Numbered from the stretch's first letter, positions 48,495 to 58,359 are shown. The stretch is 64,000 nucleotides of DNA from an uncultured Actinomycetes bacterium (GCA_963782765.1 CAWALC010000001.1:323451-387450), one strand, 5' to 3'. The notes: a model not told the origin generated them from the sequence alone. Program-made: numbers and translations.

Positions 48495-49094
48495 CTAGCG
48501 CGCTTCGACGCCGTCGAGCAGCGACCAGTTCCCGATGAGGGCGCGCTCGGCCGCGTCGACGATGCGGTCCGCGTCCTCGGGGCGCGCGTGGCGCTCGAGG
48601 AGCTCCCGGGACTCCGCCGCGTGCTCGTGGTCGCGCTCGGCGTGGAGCGTGAAGTAGGACGTCGCCTGGCTCTTCGCCTCGAAGCCGTAGTGCGCCACCA
48701 GGCCGTCGAGCTTCGTGCGCGAGACGTCCGGCTGGCCGGCCTCGATCGCGTAGAGGATGCCCAGCGCCTCGAGCGGATCGGCGGCCGAGGTCCAGGCCGT
48801 CACGCACTTCGAGGTGCCCTCGAGCCGGGCGGGGCCGGGCTCAGCGTCTACGGCTGCGGCAAAGTCGTCCCAGAGGTCGACGTGCGCGCGCTCCTCGCCA
48901 GCGTGCTCGGTGCCCGCGAGCGGCGTCGCCTGGTCGGAGGCGTCGGCGAGCGCGACCACGGCGTGGCGGTACTCGCCCGCGTACGCGGTCAGCTCGTCGC
49001 GCGAGAGCTCGCCGCACTCCCAGCGCCGGTAGAAGGGATGCTCGAGGACGTTCCACCGCCGCCGGGCGGCATCGAGGCGTTCGATCAGCTGCAT
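48495..49094 (-). CDS. heme-oxygenase-like fold iron-containing redox enzyme (TenA/PqqC/CADD-like)
   Basis: Internal ATG (49094-49092) of ORF 48495..49226. HPFYRRWECGELS, YAGEYRH and two E-x-x-H motifs (EERAH, ERDHEH) fit the di-iron HO-like family. Confidence 0.65.
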   Translation of the reverse strand: MQLIERLDAARRRWNVLEHPFYRRWECGELSRDELTAYAGEYRHAVVALADASDQATPLAGTEHAGEERAHVDLWDDFAAAVDAEPGPARLEGTSKCVTAWTSAADPLEALGILYAIEAGQPDVSRTKLDGLVAHYGFEAKSQATSYFTLHAERDHEHAAESRELLERHARPEDADRIVDAAERALIGNWSLLDGVEAR

Positions 49095-49141
49095 GACGAT
49101 CCTTCCGTCGAGGGGTACCTCGATGCTAACGCGCCGCGGCG

Positions 49142-49678
49142 TCAGCGGCTCGCCGGGAGGCGGTCGAGTGCGCGCTCGGCCTCCTCCGTCCAGCGAAGCA
49201 GCGCCTCGGCGTAGAGGAGTCCCCACCGGCGGGTGATCGCCTCGAACGGCGAGCCGCCCGCGCCGGAGGCATCGAGCTCCTCGAGCTCCGAACGGAGACG
49301 CTCGGCCTGCTCGCGCCTCTCGCCCACCTGGCGGAGCAGCGCATCCTGGCTCGCTTCCTCGCCGAAGTAGAGCTTGAGCAGGATCAGGTTCCGGCCGTGC
49401 CCGGCGTCGAGCGGTGCCTCATCGATCCATTCGCGAAGCGCATCGCGACCCGAGTCTGTGAGCTCGTAGATCGTCTTGTCCGGCCGGGCGCTCTGCACGA
49501 CCTTCTGCTGGGTCGCGTGGCCCGACTCGACAAGCCGGGGCAAGGTCGCGTAGATCTGCGTCTTCGCCGGCGCCCAGAAGTAGCCGACGCTGCGCTCGAC
49601 GTCCTTCCTGAGGTCGTAGCCGGACATCGGGCCCTTGCGGAGCAGCCCCAGGAGCGCCGCCTCGGTCGTCGTCAACAT
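49142..49678 (-). CDS. PadR-family transcriptional regulator
   Basis: MLTTTEAALLGLLRKGPMSGYDLRKDVERSVGYFWAPAKTQIYATLPRLVESG: a PadR winged helix with a C-terminal dimerisation domain. Its ATG overlaps the upstream gene's TGA. Confidence 0.88.
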   Translation of the reverse strand: MLTTTEAALLGLLRKGPMSGYDLRKDVERSVGYFWAPAKTQIYATLPRLVESGHATQQKVVQSARPDKTIYELTDSGRDALREWIDEAPLDAGHGRNLILLKLYFGEEASQDALLRQVGERREQAERLRSELEELDASGAGGSPFEAITRRWGLLYAEALLRWTEEAERALDRLPASR

Positions 49679-50889
49679 CAGCGCAATGCTGCCGCGAGAA
49701 CCGGATCGCGCCCGGCGAAGAAGTCCGCGGCCGGAGTCGAGACCGAGACGTTCGGCACCGTCGTGACCCGCGTGTCGGTCTCCTCGCCGACGAACTCGAC
49801 CGCCGTGGACGCGACGAGCTCGAGCGACGGCAGCTCGATCGGCGCCGAGTCGCCCCACTGGCTCGGCGCGCCTCCGGTCGGCTCGCCAAAGATGCGCGCG
49901 CGGGTGCGGCGATCGACGTCGGCGGCGAAGTTGCCGGCGGCGGAGAACGTTCGTCGCCCGATCAGCAGACGCAGCTTGCCGGGGCGGTTGATGCGTGGGT
50001 GCCGGAGCGCCGAGATCAGCCCCCAGTACGTGGTGTTGTTCCCGCCGCCGTTCAGGCGGATGTCGACCACGATCCGCCGAACGCGCCGGTTCCGCGACAT
50101 GCGGATCAGCTTCCGTGGGACGAGGCCGGGATCCGTCGTCGCGTTGTAGGCGACATAGAGCGCCCGACCCCGGTCGATCTTCGTCAGTCCGTACTGGACG
50201 TTCCGCTGGCGCAGGTAGAGGGGCTGGGGGCCGGGCCGCGTCGTCGCCTCCCACCACCCGCCGAACAGGCCGACGTGCTCCTGCACCGAGATCGGCTCGA
50301 ATGTGACGCCGCGGCGGCCGCCGCCGGCGAGCTCGAGCGTGAAGGTCGGCCCGATCCCCAGTCCGCTCAGCACCTCCGCGCAGACGACGAAGCTCGGAAT
50401 CCGGTCGAGGACGGTCCAGTCGTTGTCGCGCGTGATCAGCGGGCGTACGCGAGCCTCGACCTCGTCGGCCGGGACACCGCCAACAGCCGCCACGCGGGCG
50501 CCGACGAGCGCTCGGTCCTGGGCCTGCGCCACGAAGAGGCCTTCGGGGAACCGGTAGAGGCGGAGCGGGTAGGCCGTGAGCCGCTGGCCCGGGATCGGGC
50601 TCAGGGGATGGATGCCGCTGTGTCCATCTCGCTCGCCGAGCATGGCGAGCAGCCGCATGACGCCGACGATCTGCTGCTCGCGGGTCAGCGCCGGAGCTCG
50701 GCTCGCGAGGTCGTCGGCGGCCCGGTGGAAGTCCTCGCGCGAGACCGCGTGGTAGGGGTTGGGGTGGCGCTGCTCCAGCTCGACGACGAGGTTCCTGATC
50801 TCCGACGAAGCATCTGCGGACGCACCGGAGGCGCCAGGCGCGAGGACGGCCAGGGCGGCGATGATCGCTGAGATAGTCCGGAGTGACAT
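49678..50889 (-). CDS. secreted S41-like peptidase
   Basis: Internal ATG (50889-50887) of the 711-aa track ORF. Signal peptide MSLRTISAIIAALAVLAPGASG. S41-type motifs VDIRLNGGGN and RRTFSAAGNFA. Confidence 0.6.
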   Translation of the reverse strand: MSLRTISAIIAALAVLAPGASGASADASSEIRNLVVELEQRHPNPYHAVSREDFHRAADDLASRAPALTREQQIVGVMRLLAMLGERDGHSGIHPLSPIPGQRLTAYPLRLYRFPEGLFVAQAQDRALVGARVAAVGGVPADEVEARVRPLITRDNDWTVLDRIPSFVVCAEVLSGLGIGPTFTLELAGGGRRGVTFEPISVQEHVGLFGGWWEATTRPGPQPLYLRQRNVQYGLTKIDRGRALYVAYNATTDPGLVPRKLIRMSRNRRVRRIVVDIRLNGGGNNTTYWGLISALRHPRINRPGKLRLLIGRRTFSAAGNFAADVDRRTRARIFGEPTGGAPSQWGDSAPIELPSLELVASTAVEFVGEETDTRVTTVPNVSVSTPAADFFAGRDPVLAAALR

Positions 50890-51136
50890 AGTCCCTACCG
50901 GACTATAACGATCAGACGGCCGGGAAGTTAGGCGCTCACTCCCACGTGCCGATCGGGCCGGCCTCGAGGTAGGCGGAGCCCTCGGCTTCCTCGTTGGACC
51001 GGCCGTCGTCGGAGGTTTCGCGCAGCTGACGACCTTGCGAGTCTCCCTCGGCTCCGTCGCCGCGCTCGCGTTCGTCCTGATGCTCCTGTTCACGGTCGTC
51101 CGGTTTCCGGCTCGCGAGCGAGGGTAGGGACGACGC

Positions 51137-51550
51137 ATGGCCGGCAAGCGCGTCCTCGTGGTCACAACAGTCCTCGCGGACGAGTCGAGCCTCCGCGAGG
51201 CGATCGCGGAAGCCGACGAGATCCGCGTCGTCGCACCGGCGGCCGACGTCTCGTTCCTCCAGTGGCTGACCAACGACGAGGACGACGCGCGGCGCGAGGC
51301 GGACGAGGCCGCCGAGCGCGTGGCGTCCGCCGCCGGAGACGACACCAGGGTCGAGATCGACCGCACGAGCGAGAGCACCGACGCGGCGCAGGCGATCCGC
51401 GACGCGCTGCGCGATTTCGAGGCCGACGAGATCGTGGTCGTGACCAGGCCGGGCGACGATTCCACCTGGCTCGAGGACGAGACCGTCCGCGCCGCGCTCG
51501 ACGCCCACGGCATTCCCGTCCGCCACCGGGAGCTCAGCCCGACCGGATAG
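51137..51550 (+). CDS. hypothetical protein (USP-like alpha/beta pattern)
   Basis: 137-aa ORF: MAGKRVLVVTTVLADESSLREAI...IVVVTRPGDDSTWLEDE. No confident family. Confidence 0.5.
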   Translation: MAGKRVLVVTTVLADESSLREAIAEADEIRVVAPAADVSFLQWLTNDEDDARREADEAAERVASAAGDDTRVEIDRTSESTDAAQAIRDALRDFEADEIVVVTRPGDDSTWLEDETVRAALDAHGIPVRHRELSPTG

Positions 51551-51559
51551 GTTTCCCCC

Positions 51560-52453
51560 GTGCGGAAGGTGGCGATCCTGCTCGTCCTCGGTGCAGGTCT
51601 CCTGCTCGCGGCGGGCTGCGGCGGAGACGACGACGAGAACGGCGATGCAGGTGGAGGCGGCGGGACGACGACCGCGTCAGCCTCGTGCGACAAGGAATCG
51701 CTCGAGCTCGTCAACGCGGGCCAGCTGACGATCGGCACCGACAACCCGGCCTTCCCACCGTGGTTCGAGGGCACGGAGGAGTTCGACCCGTGGGATCCGA
51801 CGACGGAGCCCACGAAGAAGGGCTACGAGCAGGAGACCGCCTACGCGATCGCCAGGGAGCTCGGGTTCACCGACGCCGAGGTGAAGTGGACGGTCGTCCC
51901 GTTCAACCAGTCCTTCCGTCCCGGCCCGAAGTCCTTCGACTTCGACATCAACCAGATCTCGTTCAAGCCCGAGCGCGCCGAGGCGGTCGACTTCAGCGAT
52001 TCGTACTACGACGTGGAGCAGGCGATTGTCACCACCGAGGGGAGCAAGATCGACGGCGTGACGACGATCGCCGACCTGAAGGACGCGAAGCTGGGCGCGC
52101 AGATCGGCACGACGAGCCTCGAGGCGATCAACGACACGATCCAGCCGAGCAGCGAGCCGTCCGTCTACGACACGAACAACGACGCGATCTCCGCGATCAA
52201 GGCGAAGCAGGTCGACGGGATCGTCGTGGACTTCCCGACCGCGCTCTTCATGGCGGCCGTCCAGGTCGACCAGGGCAAGGTCGCGGGCCGCCTGCCTGCG
52301 CCGGAGGACGGCGAGTACTTCGGCGTCGTGCTCGCGAAGGACAGTGCGCTGACGGAGTGCGTCAACCAGGCGATCCAGGCGATCAAGGACGACGGGACGC
52401 TCGACGAGCTCGAGCAGAAGTGGCTCGCCGGCAGCGCGCCGGTCCTCGAGTAG
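51560..52453 (+). CDS. amino-acid ABC transporter substrate-binding lipoprotein
   Basis: GTG start, lipobox LLLAAGCGG, and a family-3 SBP pattern ([28 protein letters not shown]). Confidence 0.88.
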   Translation: MRKVAILLVLGAGLLLAAGCGGDDDENGDAGGGGGTTTASASCDKESLELVNAGQLTIGTDNPAFPPWFEGTEEFDPWDPTTEPTKKGYEQETAYAIARELGFTDAEVKWTVVPFNQSFRPGPKSFDFDINQISFKPERAEAVDFSDSYYDVEQAIVTTEGSKIDGVTTIADLKDAKLGAQIGTTSLEAINDTIQPSSEPSVYDTNNDAISAIKAKQVDGIVVDFPTALFMAAVQVDQGKVAGRLPAPEDGEYFGVVLAKDSALTECVNQAIQAIKDDGTLDELEQKWLAGSAPVLE

Positions 52454-53274
52454 CGGGCACAGGCTCCCGGGGCTCCCGCATCCTGGGCGGCGGCGGGGCC
52501 GGCCGCAGCACGCTGATCGCGGTCGTCAGCACGCTTGCGTTCTTCGGGCTCATCGTCCTGCTCGTCACGAGCGCTCCGGGCTGGCCCGCGGTCCGCGAGC
52601 AGTTCTTCGACTGGGAGATCTTCAAGGAGTCGCTGCGCGACATCGCTCCGAAGCTCCTCGTCAACATCCGGATCTTCCTGATCGCCGAGGTCTTCATCCT
52701 CGTCTTCGGCCTCGCGATCGCGATCCTCCGGAGCCTCCCGGGGCCGGTGTTCTTCCCCGTCCGGCTGCTTGCGATCGTCTACACGGACTTCTTCCGCGGC
52801 GTCCCGACCATCCTCGTCATCTACCTCTTCGGATTCGGCGTTCCCGCGCTCGCGATCTCGGGCGTGCCGCGCTCGGAGTTCGTCTGGGGGATCGTCGCGC
52901 TCGTCCTGGTCTACTCGGCCTACGTGTCCGAGGTGTACCGGGCCGGAATCGAGTCGGTGAATCCGAGCCAGGAGGCGGCGGCCCGCTCGCTCGGCCTCTC
53001 GAAGACCAAGGCGATGCGGTTCGTCGTCCTCCCGCAGGCGGTGCGGCGCGTCGTCCCGCCACTCTTGAACGACTTCATCGGCCTCCAGAAGGACACGGCG
53101 CTCGTGGCGCTGATCGGGCCGGTCGAGGCGTTCCGGCAGTCGCAGATCGAGGTGGCCGGGAACTTCGACTACACGCCATATTTCGCCACCGCGCTGCTCT
53201 TCGTCGCGCTGACGATCCCGATGGCGCGCTTCACGGACTGGCTCGTGGCCCGGGAGCGGAGGAAGCGGCGATGA
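52420..53274 (+). CDS. amino-acid ABC transporter permease
   Basis: In the frame of track ORF 51262..53274. His/Glu/Gln/Arg-type permease with the EAA loop ([25 protein letters not shown]). The start is uncertain; GTG 52420 is chosen. Confidence 0.8.
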   Translation: MARRQRAGPRVAGTGSRGSRILGGGGAGRSTLIAVVSTLAFFGLIVLLVTSAPGWPAVREQFFDWEIFKESLRDIAPKLLVNIRIFLIAEVFILVFGLAIAILRSLPGPVFFPVRLLAIVYTDFFRGVPTILVIYLFGFGVPALAISGVPRSEFVWGIVALVLVYSAYVSEVYRAGIESVNPSQEAAARSLGLSKTKAMRFVVLPQAVRRVVPPLLNDFIGLQKDTALVALIGPVEAFRQSQIEVAGNFDYTPYFATALLFVALTIPMARFTDWLVARERRKRR

Positions 53275-54013
53275 GCGCGGTCGAGCTCCACGGGGTGCGC
53301 AAGTCCTTCGGCGAGGAGGAGGTGCTCCACGGGATCGACCTCGAGGTCGAGGAGCATCAGGTCGTCTGCCTGATCGGCGCCTCCGGCTCGGGGAAGTCGA
53401 CGCTCCTTCGCTGCGTGAACCTCCTGGAGCCGATCGACGACGGGTGGATCGTCGTCGGCGGGGAGGAGGTGACGGCGCCCGGCGTCGACGCCGACCGCGT
53501 GCGTCGCGGGATCGGGATCGTCTTCCAGGCCTACAACCTGTTCCCGCACATGACGGTCCTGCGGAACGTGACGCTGGCGCCGCGCGAGGTCCTCGGCAAG
53601 TCGAAGGCTGAGGCTGAGCTCGAGGCGATGGAGCTGCTCGGCCGGTTCGGGCTCGCCGAGCGGGCCGGCGACTATCCGGACCGGCTGTCGGGCGGTCAGC
53701 AGCAGCGCGTCGCGATCGTCCGCGCGCTGGCGATGCGGCCCAAGCTGATGCTGCTGGACGAGGTGACGAGCGCGCTCGACCCCGAGCTCGTCGGCGAGGT
53801 GCTGAACGTGATTCGCGAGCTCGCGGCCGGGGGGATGACGATGCTGATCGCCACGCACGAGATGGGGTTCGCCCGCGAGATCGCGAACCGCGTCTGTTTC
53901 TCGACGGTGGCGTGATCCTCGAACAGGGCCCGCCGGAGCAGATCTTCTCGGCGCCGCAAGAGCCGAGAACCCGGCAGTTCCTCCAGCGGATCGTCGAAGC
54001 CGGCCGCCTGTAG
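53271..54013 (+). pseudogene. amino-acid ABC transporter ATP-binding protein, 1-nt frame shift near the 3' end
   Basis: Walker [10 protein letters not shown], signature LSGGQQQRV, Walker B LMLLDE. After ...REIANRVCF the expected [37 protein letters not shown] is found one frame over, stopping at 54011-54013. One base is missing in TGTTTCTCG (53895-53903). Confidence 0.88.
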
Positions 54014-54029
54014 CCCTCCTGCGACTACC

Positions 54030-55010
54030 TTGAGGACGATGCGGGACCTGATCGCCAAGATCGCCGCTCGACGCCGTCTCGTCGTCGTCCTGCAGGTCGT
54101 CTTCGTCGCCGCGCTGCTCGGCTTTCTGGCCTGGGCCGTGGGGGACACGTGGAGTGACGCGCTGCCGCGGCTTCGGGACGCCGATCCCGTCGACCTCACG
54201 ATCGCCTGCGTCGTGCTCGCCGCCTACTACCTCATGTTCGTGCTGGGGTGGCAGTGGATCCTCCGCGCGCTCGGAATCCACACGTCCTACGGCGTCGCGC
54301 TGCAGTCGGAGATGGCGTCGATGCTCGCGAAGTACATCCCGGGCGGGATCTGGACGCCGGCCGCCCGCGTCCTCTGGCTGCGAAAGGCCGGAGGAATCGA
54401 CAAGACGTCGGTGGTCGTCGCCTCGATCCTGCTCGAGGCCGGTCTCTCCGCCGTGGCCGGGGTGCTCGTGCTCGTGTGCGCGCTGCCGTTCGTCTCGGGC
54501 TGGGACGCGCCGATCTGGCCGGTGGTCGTCTTCGGCATCGGGATCGCAGGCCTACTGCACCCGCGCGTCTTTCGAACGGTGGCGGGGGTGCTCTTCCGGC
54601 CCTTCGGCGCCGGCGCGCCGCCGACCTTGCCCTGGCGGACGATGCTCGGGCTGCTCGTCTTCTACTCGGCGAGCTGGGTGGTCGGCGGGGTCGCCGTGCT
54701 GTTCCTGATCCGGTCGGTCGGCGGGGACGCCGGGCTGGACGCCGCGCCCTATCTCGGCGGCACGGCTGCGGTCGGAGCGATCGTGGCCGTGCTCTCGGTG
54801 CTCGCCCCGTCGGGTCTCGGCGTGCGCGAGGCCTCGATGTACGGCCTGATGCTCGCAGTCGCCTCGTCGCCGGTCGCGCTCGGCGCGACCGTGCTGAACC
54901 GGCTCGCCATCACCCTCGTGGAGGCCGTGTTGCTCGGCGTCGGCTACCTCGTCTGGAGGAGCGGACGGGACCGTGCGGTCGAGGACGCGACGGCGGCGCG
55001 AAACGCCTGA
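54030..55010 (+). CDS. lysylphosphatidylglycerol-synthase-TM-region-like (UPF0104) membrane protein
   Basis: 326-aa polytopic ORF (TTG 54030, or ATG 54039). ...MLAKYIPGGIWTPAARV...APSGLGVREA... is typical of this family. Confidence 0.6.
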   Translation: MRTMRDLIAKIAARRRLVVVLQVVFVAALLGFLAWAVGDTWSDALPRLRDADPVDLTIACVVLAAYYLMFVLGWQWILRALGIHTSYGVALQSEMASMLAKYIPGGIWTPAARVLWLRKAGGIDKTSVVVASILLEAGLSAVAGVLVLVCALPFVSGWDAPIWPVVVFGIGIAGLLHPRVFRTVAGVLFRPFGAGAPPTLPWRTMLGLLVFYSASWVVGGVAVLFLIRSVGGDAGLDAAPYLGGTAAVGAIVAVLSVLAPSGLGVREASMYGLMLAVASSPVALGATVLNRLAITLVEAVLLGVGYLVWRSGRDRAVEDATAARNA

Positions 55011-55083
55011 AGCACCCCGCGGAAAGGCATTCTCATTGCGTTCTCACGATGTCCTTATCGGCTTCCGCGAGCATGAACGCGCA

Positions 55084-55116
55084 GCAACCGGCTGCGGGCC
55101 GCACGCGGCCGGTTGC
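55084..55116. terminator. hairpin between convergent genes
   Basis: GCAACCGGC (55084-55092) pairs with GCCGGTTGC (55108-55116). Confidence 0.4.
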
Positions 55117-55121
55117 GTCAT

Positions 55122-55157
55122 TCGGGCCGCGGGTTTTGTTGCTCACCCGCGGCCCGA
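55122..55157. terminator. strong hairpin between convergent genes
   Basis: TCGGGCCGCGGG (55122-55133) pairs perfectly with CCCGCGGCCCGA (55146-55157). The loop is TTTTGTTGCTCA. Confidence 0.5.
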
Positions 55158-55166
55158 GCTCCCTCC

Positions 55167-56006
55167 CTAACCCGCCGAGGCCAGGTCGGGTGGGTGGGGC
55201 CAGGCCGATCCGGGGTGCGTGTTCGCGAGGTCCACGTCCCGGTGAACGCACGCGAGCCGTAGGAGGCTCAGCGACCGGCACGTGAGGAGCAGTCGCAGGT
55301 CGAGCTGAGTGCCGCTCGCCAGGTACCCGTCCAGGAATGCGTGCTGCATCGTGTCGAGGTTGCGGCCGTAGCGGCGCGCGAGGTGATCCAGGTGCGCGCA
55401 GAGGTTGCCGACGTCGAGCTCCGGCGGGCCGATCGCCGCGTCGTCGAGGTCGATCAGGCCCACGGCGTCGTCGAGCAGGATCTGCTCCTCGTACAGGTCG
55501 CGATGGACGACGGTCGACGCCGGCCACTCCTCGTCGTCCTCGACTGCCTTGACCGCGAATGCGACTGCGCCGGCGATCGGCTCGGGGGCATGGGCCGACT
55601 CCCGCCGCAGGATCTCCAGCTCGCGCCCCAGCGAGTGACGGGCGAGCGTTTCCGGCGCACTGTCCTGCCAGTACGAGTGCCAGGATCCGAGCACCGCGCC
55701 GGCGCGACGGCACGCGTCCTCGTCGCCGGCCAGGACCGCTGCCCGCAGCGGCTTGCCCGGGATCTCAGAGAGGACGAGCGTGTCGTCGGTCTGGGCCCAG
55801 ACGCTGGGGAGGAGCGGCTCGAACGGGCCCTCGGCAAGCGAGGAGATGCGTCTGGCGATCGTCCCTGCGAGGTCGGACTCGTAGTGCTTCACGATTGCCG
55901 TTCGCCGCGACCCGTGGGCCCGGTACGTCGTGTGTCCGCTGGTCCCCTGCTTGAGCAGCTGGAGCCGGACCGGCGCACCGACGACCTGCTCGAGTTGAGC
56001 GATCAC
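55167..56006 (-). CDS. aminoglycoside-phosphotransferase-like kinase (APH family)
   Basis: 279-aa ORF with a GTG start. Catalytic loop VVHRDLYEEQILL and LIDLDD motif. Confidence 0.65.
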   Translation of the reverse strand: MIAQLEQVVGAPVRLQLLKQGTSGHTTYRAHGSRRTAIVKHYESDLAGTIARRISSLAEGPFEPLLPSVWAQTDDTLVLSEIPGKPLRAAVLAGDEDACRRAGAVLGSWHSYWQDSAPETLARHSLGRELEILRRESAHAPEPIAGAVAFAVKAVEDDEEWPASTVVHRDLYEEQILLDDAVGLIDLDDAAIGPPELDVGNLCAHLDHLARRYGRNLDTMQHAFLDGYLASGTQLDLRLLLTCRSLSLLRLACVHRDVDLANTHPGSAWPHPPDLASAG

Positions 56007-56079
56007 GTCTCACCGCCGGTCGGCGAATCTGCGCGCAGGTCGCCCATCGAACCGCATTGAACGCCCGGAGCGTGAACCC

Positions 56080-56101
56080 GCGGTGAGACGAAGATGAGAG
56101 A
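56080..56101 (+). promoter_or_regulatory. purine-rich direct repeat GTGAGAC-N3-GATGAGA
   Basis: GCGGTGAGACGAAGATGAGAGA read directly. ACGAAGATGAGAGA nearly repeats ACGAAAGATGAGAGA at 58828-58842. 56080-56089 is also the distal arm of a 10-bp inverted repeat with 56007-56016. Confidence 0.35.
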
Positions 56102-56122
56102 CCCCTTACCGTCAGCAACCGC

Positions 56123-56800
56123 TCAGGCAGCGCTCGGCTCCTGGTGCTCGAGCCGGTAGCCCATCCCTCGCACGCTCGCGATCACGCCCTTTCCGAGCTT
56201 CCTCCTGAGATAGCCGACGTACACGTCGACGATGTTCGAGCCCGGGTCGAAGTCGTACCCCCAGACCTGGCTCAGAAGCTGCTCGCGGCTCAGCACCTGC
56301 CCCGGATGGCGGAAGAAGACCTCGGCGAGGGCGAACTCCCGCGCGCTGAGGTCGACGGTGCGGTCGGCGACGACCGCGCGGCGCATGCGCAGGTCTAGCG
56401 CCGCATCGCCGGCGCGCAACACCGTCGGCTCGGCAGTCTGCTCGACGCGGAGCCGTACGCGAACACGGGCGAGCAGCTCTTCGAACCGGAAGGGCTTCGT
56501 GATGTAGTCGTCGGCGCCTCCCTCCAAGCCGACCACCCTGTCGGCGACGGTGTCCCGCGCGGTCAGGATGATCACCGGCAGGGCCACACCCTCTTTCCGA
56601 AGGTCGCGGAGCACCTCGAGGCCGTCTCGATCGGGAAGGCCGAGGTCGAGGATCAGCAGGTCGAAGTTGGACGTGCGTGCGAGCGCGAGGGCGCCGACGG
56701 CGTCGGCGGTCACCCGCGTCGAGAAGCCGTTGGCGCGCAGCCCCTTCTCGAGGAAGGAGGCGATGCGGGCCTCGTCCTCGACGATCAGGATCCTGCTCAT
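56123..56800 (-). CDS. OmpR-family response regulator (copy 1)
   Basis: Internal ATG (56800-56798). MSRILIVEDEARIASFLEKGLRANGF...LLILDLGLPDRDG...ITKPF...VRGMGYRL. Confidence 0.93.
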   Translation of the reverse strand: MSRILIVEDEARIASFLEKGLRANGFSTRVTADAVGALALARTSNFDLLILDLGLPDRDGLEVLRDLRKEGVALPVIILTARDTVADRVVGLEGGADDYITKPFRFEELLARVRVRLRVEQTAEPTVLRAGDAALDLRMRRAVVADRTVDLSAREFALAEVFFRHPGQVLSREQLLSQVWGYDFDPGSNIVDVYVGYLRRKLGKGVIASVRGMGYRLEHQEPSAA

Positions 56801-58359
56801 CGCACCTGTGCCCCCGGCTCGGACGGCGGATCGGTCGCGACCACGACGGTGAAGGTTGCGCCCGCGCCGGGCCGGCTCTCGAGCTCGACCCGGCCGCCGT
56901 GCGCCTCCGCGATCGCCTGGACGATGGCGAGGCCCAGGCCCGCGCCTTCCCAGCGTTGCGTGCCGGAGCCGCGCTGGAACCGCTCGAAGATCGCATGCTG
57001 TTCCTCGAGTGGGATTCCCGGTCCCTGATCCCGGACCCAAAAGCGCGCTTCGCCGTTCCTGATGCTCGATCCGAGCACGATCGCCTCACCGGTCGTGCTG
57101 TAACGGGCGGCGTTGTCGGCGAGCTGCATGACGGCCTGGGTCAGCCGGTGCCGGTCGGCGATTATTACGCCGCGCGCGCGTTGCTCGAGCACCCAATGCC
57201 GAGGCGCGAGCGCTTTCGCCTTCGCATGGAGCTCGTCCGTGAGGATGCCCGCGTCCACGGGCCGGAGCTCGAGGAAGTCCGACCGCTCGTGCCTGGCGAG
57301 GAGGAGCACGTCGCCGACGATGCGCGTCATCCGGTCGACCTCGTCCACCGCGAGCGCGATCGTCTCGCGGCGCTCCTCCGGATCGTCGCCGAGCAGCTCG
57401 AGGTGACCTCGCACGATCGTCAGCGGCGTCTTGAGCTCGTGGCCTGCGTCGTCGAGGAAGCGCCGTTGGGAATCGAAGGCTCGTTCGAGCCGTTCGAGCA
57501 TCCGGTTGAAGGTTGCGGCGAGCTGGGCGACCTCGTCTCGACCGCGTTCCGGGATTCGTGCGCTCAGGTCGGTCTCGGAGATCGAGCGCGCCGTCGTCGT
57601 GAGCTCCGTCACAGGCTTGCTGATCCGGTCGGCGAGCCGCCAGGCGAGGATCGAGCCGAGCAGCAGGACCGCAAGCCCGAACGCCGCGGCCGCCTGGACG
57701 GCATCGTTGACCTCGCCCTTCTCGCGGTCGCGGAAGATCGCCGCGACGAAGACGCCGCGCGAGTCCTCCCGTCCCGAGAGCGGAATGGCCAGGTACTCGA
57801 CGCGGCCTGCGGGCGTGTCGACCCGGCCGCGGTCGGAGTTGCTCGTCAGGCCGGCCCAGCGGGCGACGAGGGCGGGATCCTTGTCGAGGCGGTAGGGCAC
57901 GACCTGGCGGCTGCGCTGGTACGGCACCCCGTTGGCGAAGGTGATGAGCGCCTCGTTCTCCGAGGGGACGTTTCGCTGGAGGTACAGCGTGAAGATCCGT
58001 TTGATGTTCGACTCGACCAGCGGCTCTCCCGATGCGGGGTCATTGGTCCCGAGCAGCGCTCGAAGCTCAGCGACTTCCTGATTGAGGTCCTCACCGATCC
58101 GCTGGTCGAGCCGAATGAGCAGCGCCTCGTAGACGACGAAGACGGATGCGCCCATCGAGAGTGCGAAGACGCCGATGAACCACGCGGCGATTCGCGTGCG
58201 GAGGCTGCTCGGGAGCAGGCGAGGAAGGCCGCCCCTCCAGCGGAGAAGCGGCGACCACGCGATCGGCCTCGCAGCCTCGTCGCGAAGCTTCTCAGTCGTC
58301 TCCGTCGTCTCCGCCCCCGGCGTCGTCGCCTCCGTCTCCCCCGCCGCCGCCGTCGTCAT
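56797..58359 (-). CDS. sensor histidine kinase (copy 1)
   Basis: ATG (58359-58357) inside track ORF 56797..58554. Two TM segments flank a sensor domain of about 150 aa. HAMP domain, H-box AGHELKTPLT, and N/G boxes. Its stop overlaps the regulator's start. Confidence 0.9.
   Translation of the reverse strand: MTTAAAGETEATTPGAETTETTEKLRDEAARPIAWSPLLRWRGGLPRLLPSSLRTRIAAWFIGVFALSMGASVFVVYEALLIRLDQRIGEDLNQEVAELRALLGTNDPASGEPLVESNIKRIFTLYLQRNVPSENEALITFANGVPYQRSRQVVPYRLDKDPALVARWAGLTSNSDRGRVDTPAGRVEYLAIPLSGREDSRGVFVAAIFRDREKGEVNDAVQAAAAFGLAVLLLGSILAWRLADRISKPVTELTTTARSISETDLSARIPERGRDEVAQLAATFNRMLERLERAFDSQRRFLDDAGHELKTPLTIVRGHLELLGDDPEERRETIALAVDEVDRMTRIVGDVLLLARHERSDFLELRPVDAGILTDELHAKAKALAPRHWVLEQRARGVIIADRHRLTQAVMQLADNAARYSTTGEAIVLGSSIRNGEARFWVRDQGPGIPLEEQHAIFERFQRGSGTQRWEGAGLGLAIVQAIAEAHGGRVELESRPGAGATFTVVVATDPPSEPGAQVR

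Noticed and set aside
50936-51120. Short acidic minus-strand frame ending ...RKPDDREQEHQDERERGDGAEGDSQGRQLRETSDDGRSNEEAEGSAYLEAGPIGTWE*.
   Set aside because: It looks protein-like, but I found no ATG, GTG or TTG start between the plus-strand gene start at 51137 and the stop. It cannot be supported as a gene, though it could be another frame-damaged small gene.
49678-51813. 711-aa minus-strand ORF.
   Set aside because: Only the last 403 codons (from ATG 50889, with a signal peptide) read as protein. The upstream part is Ser/Arg/Pro-rich and overlaps plus-strand genes 51137..51550 and 51560..52453.
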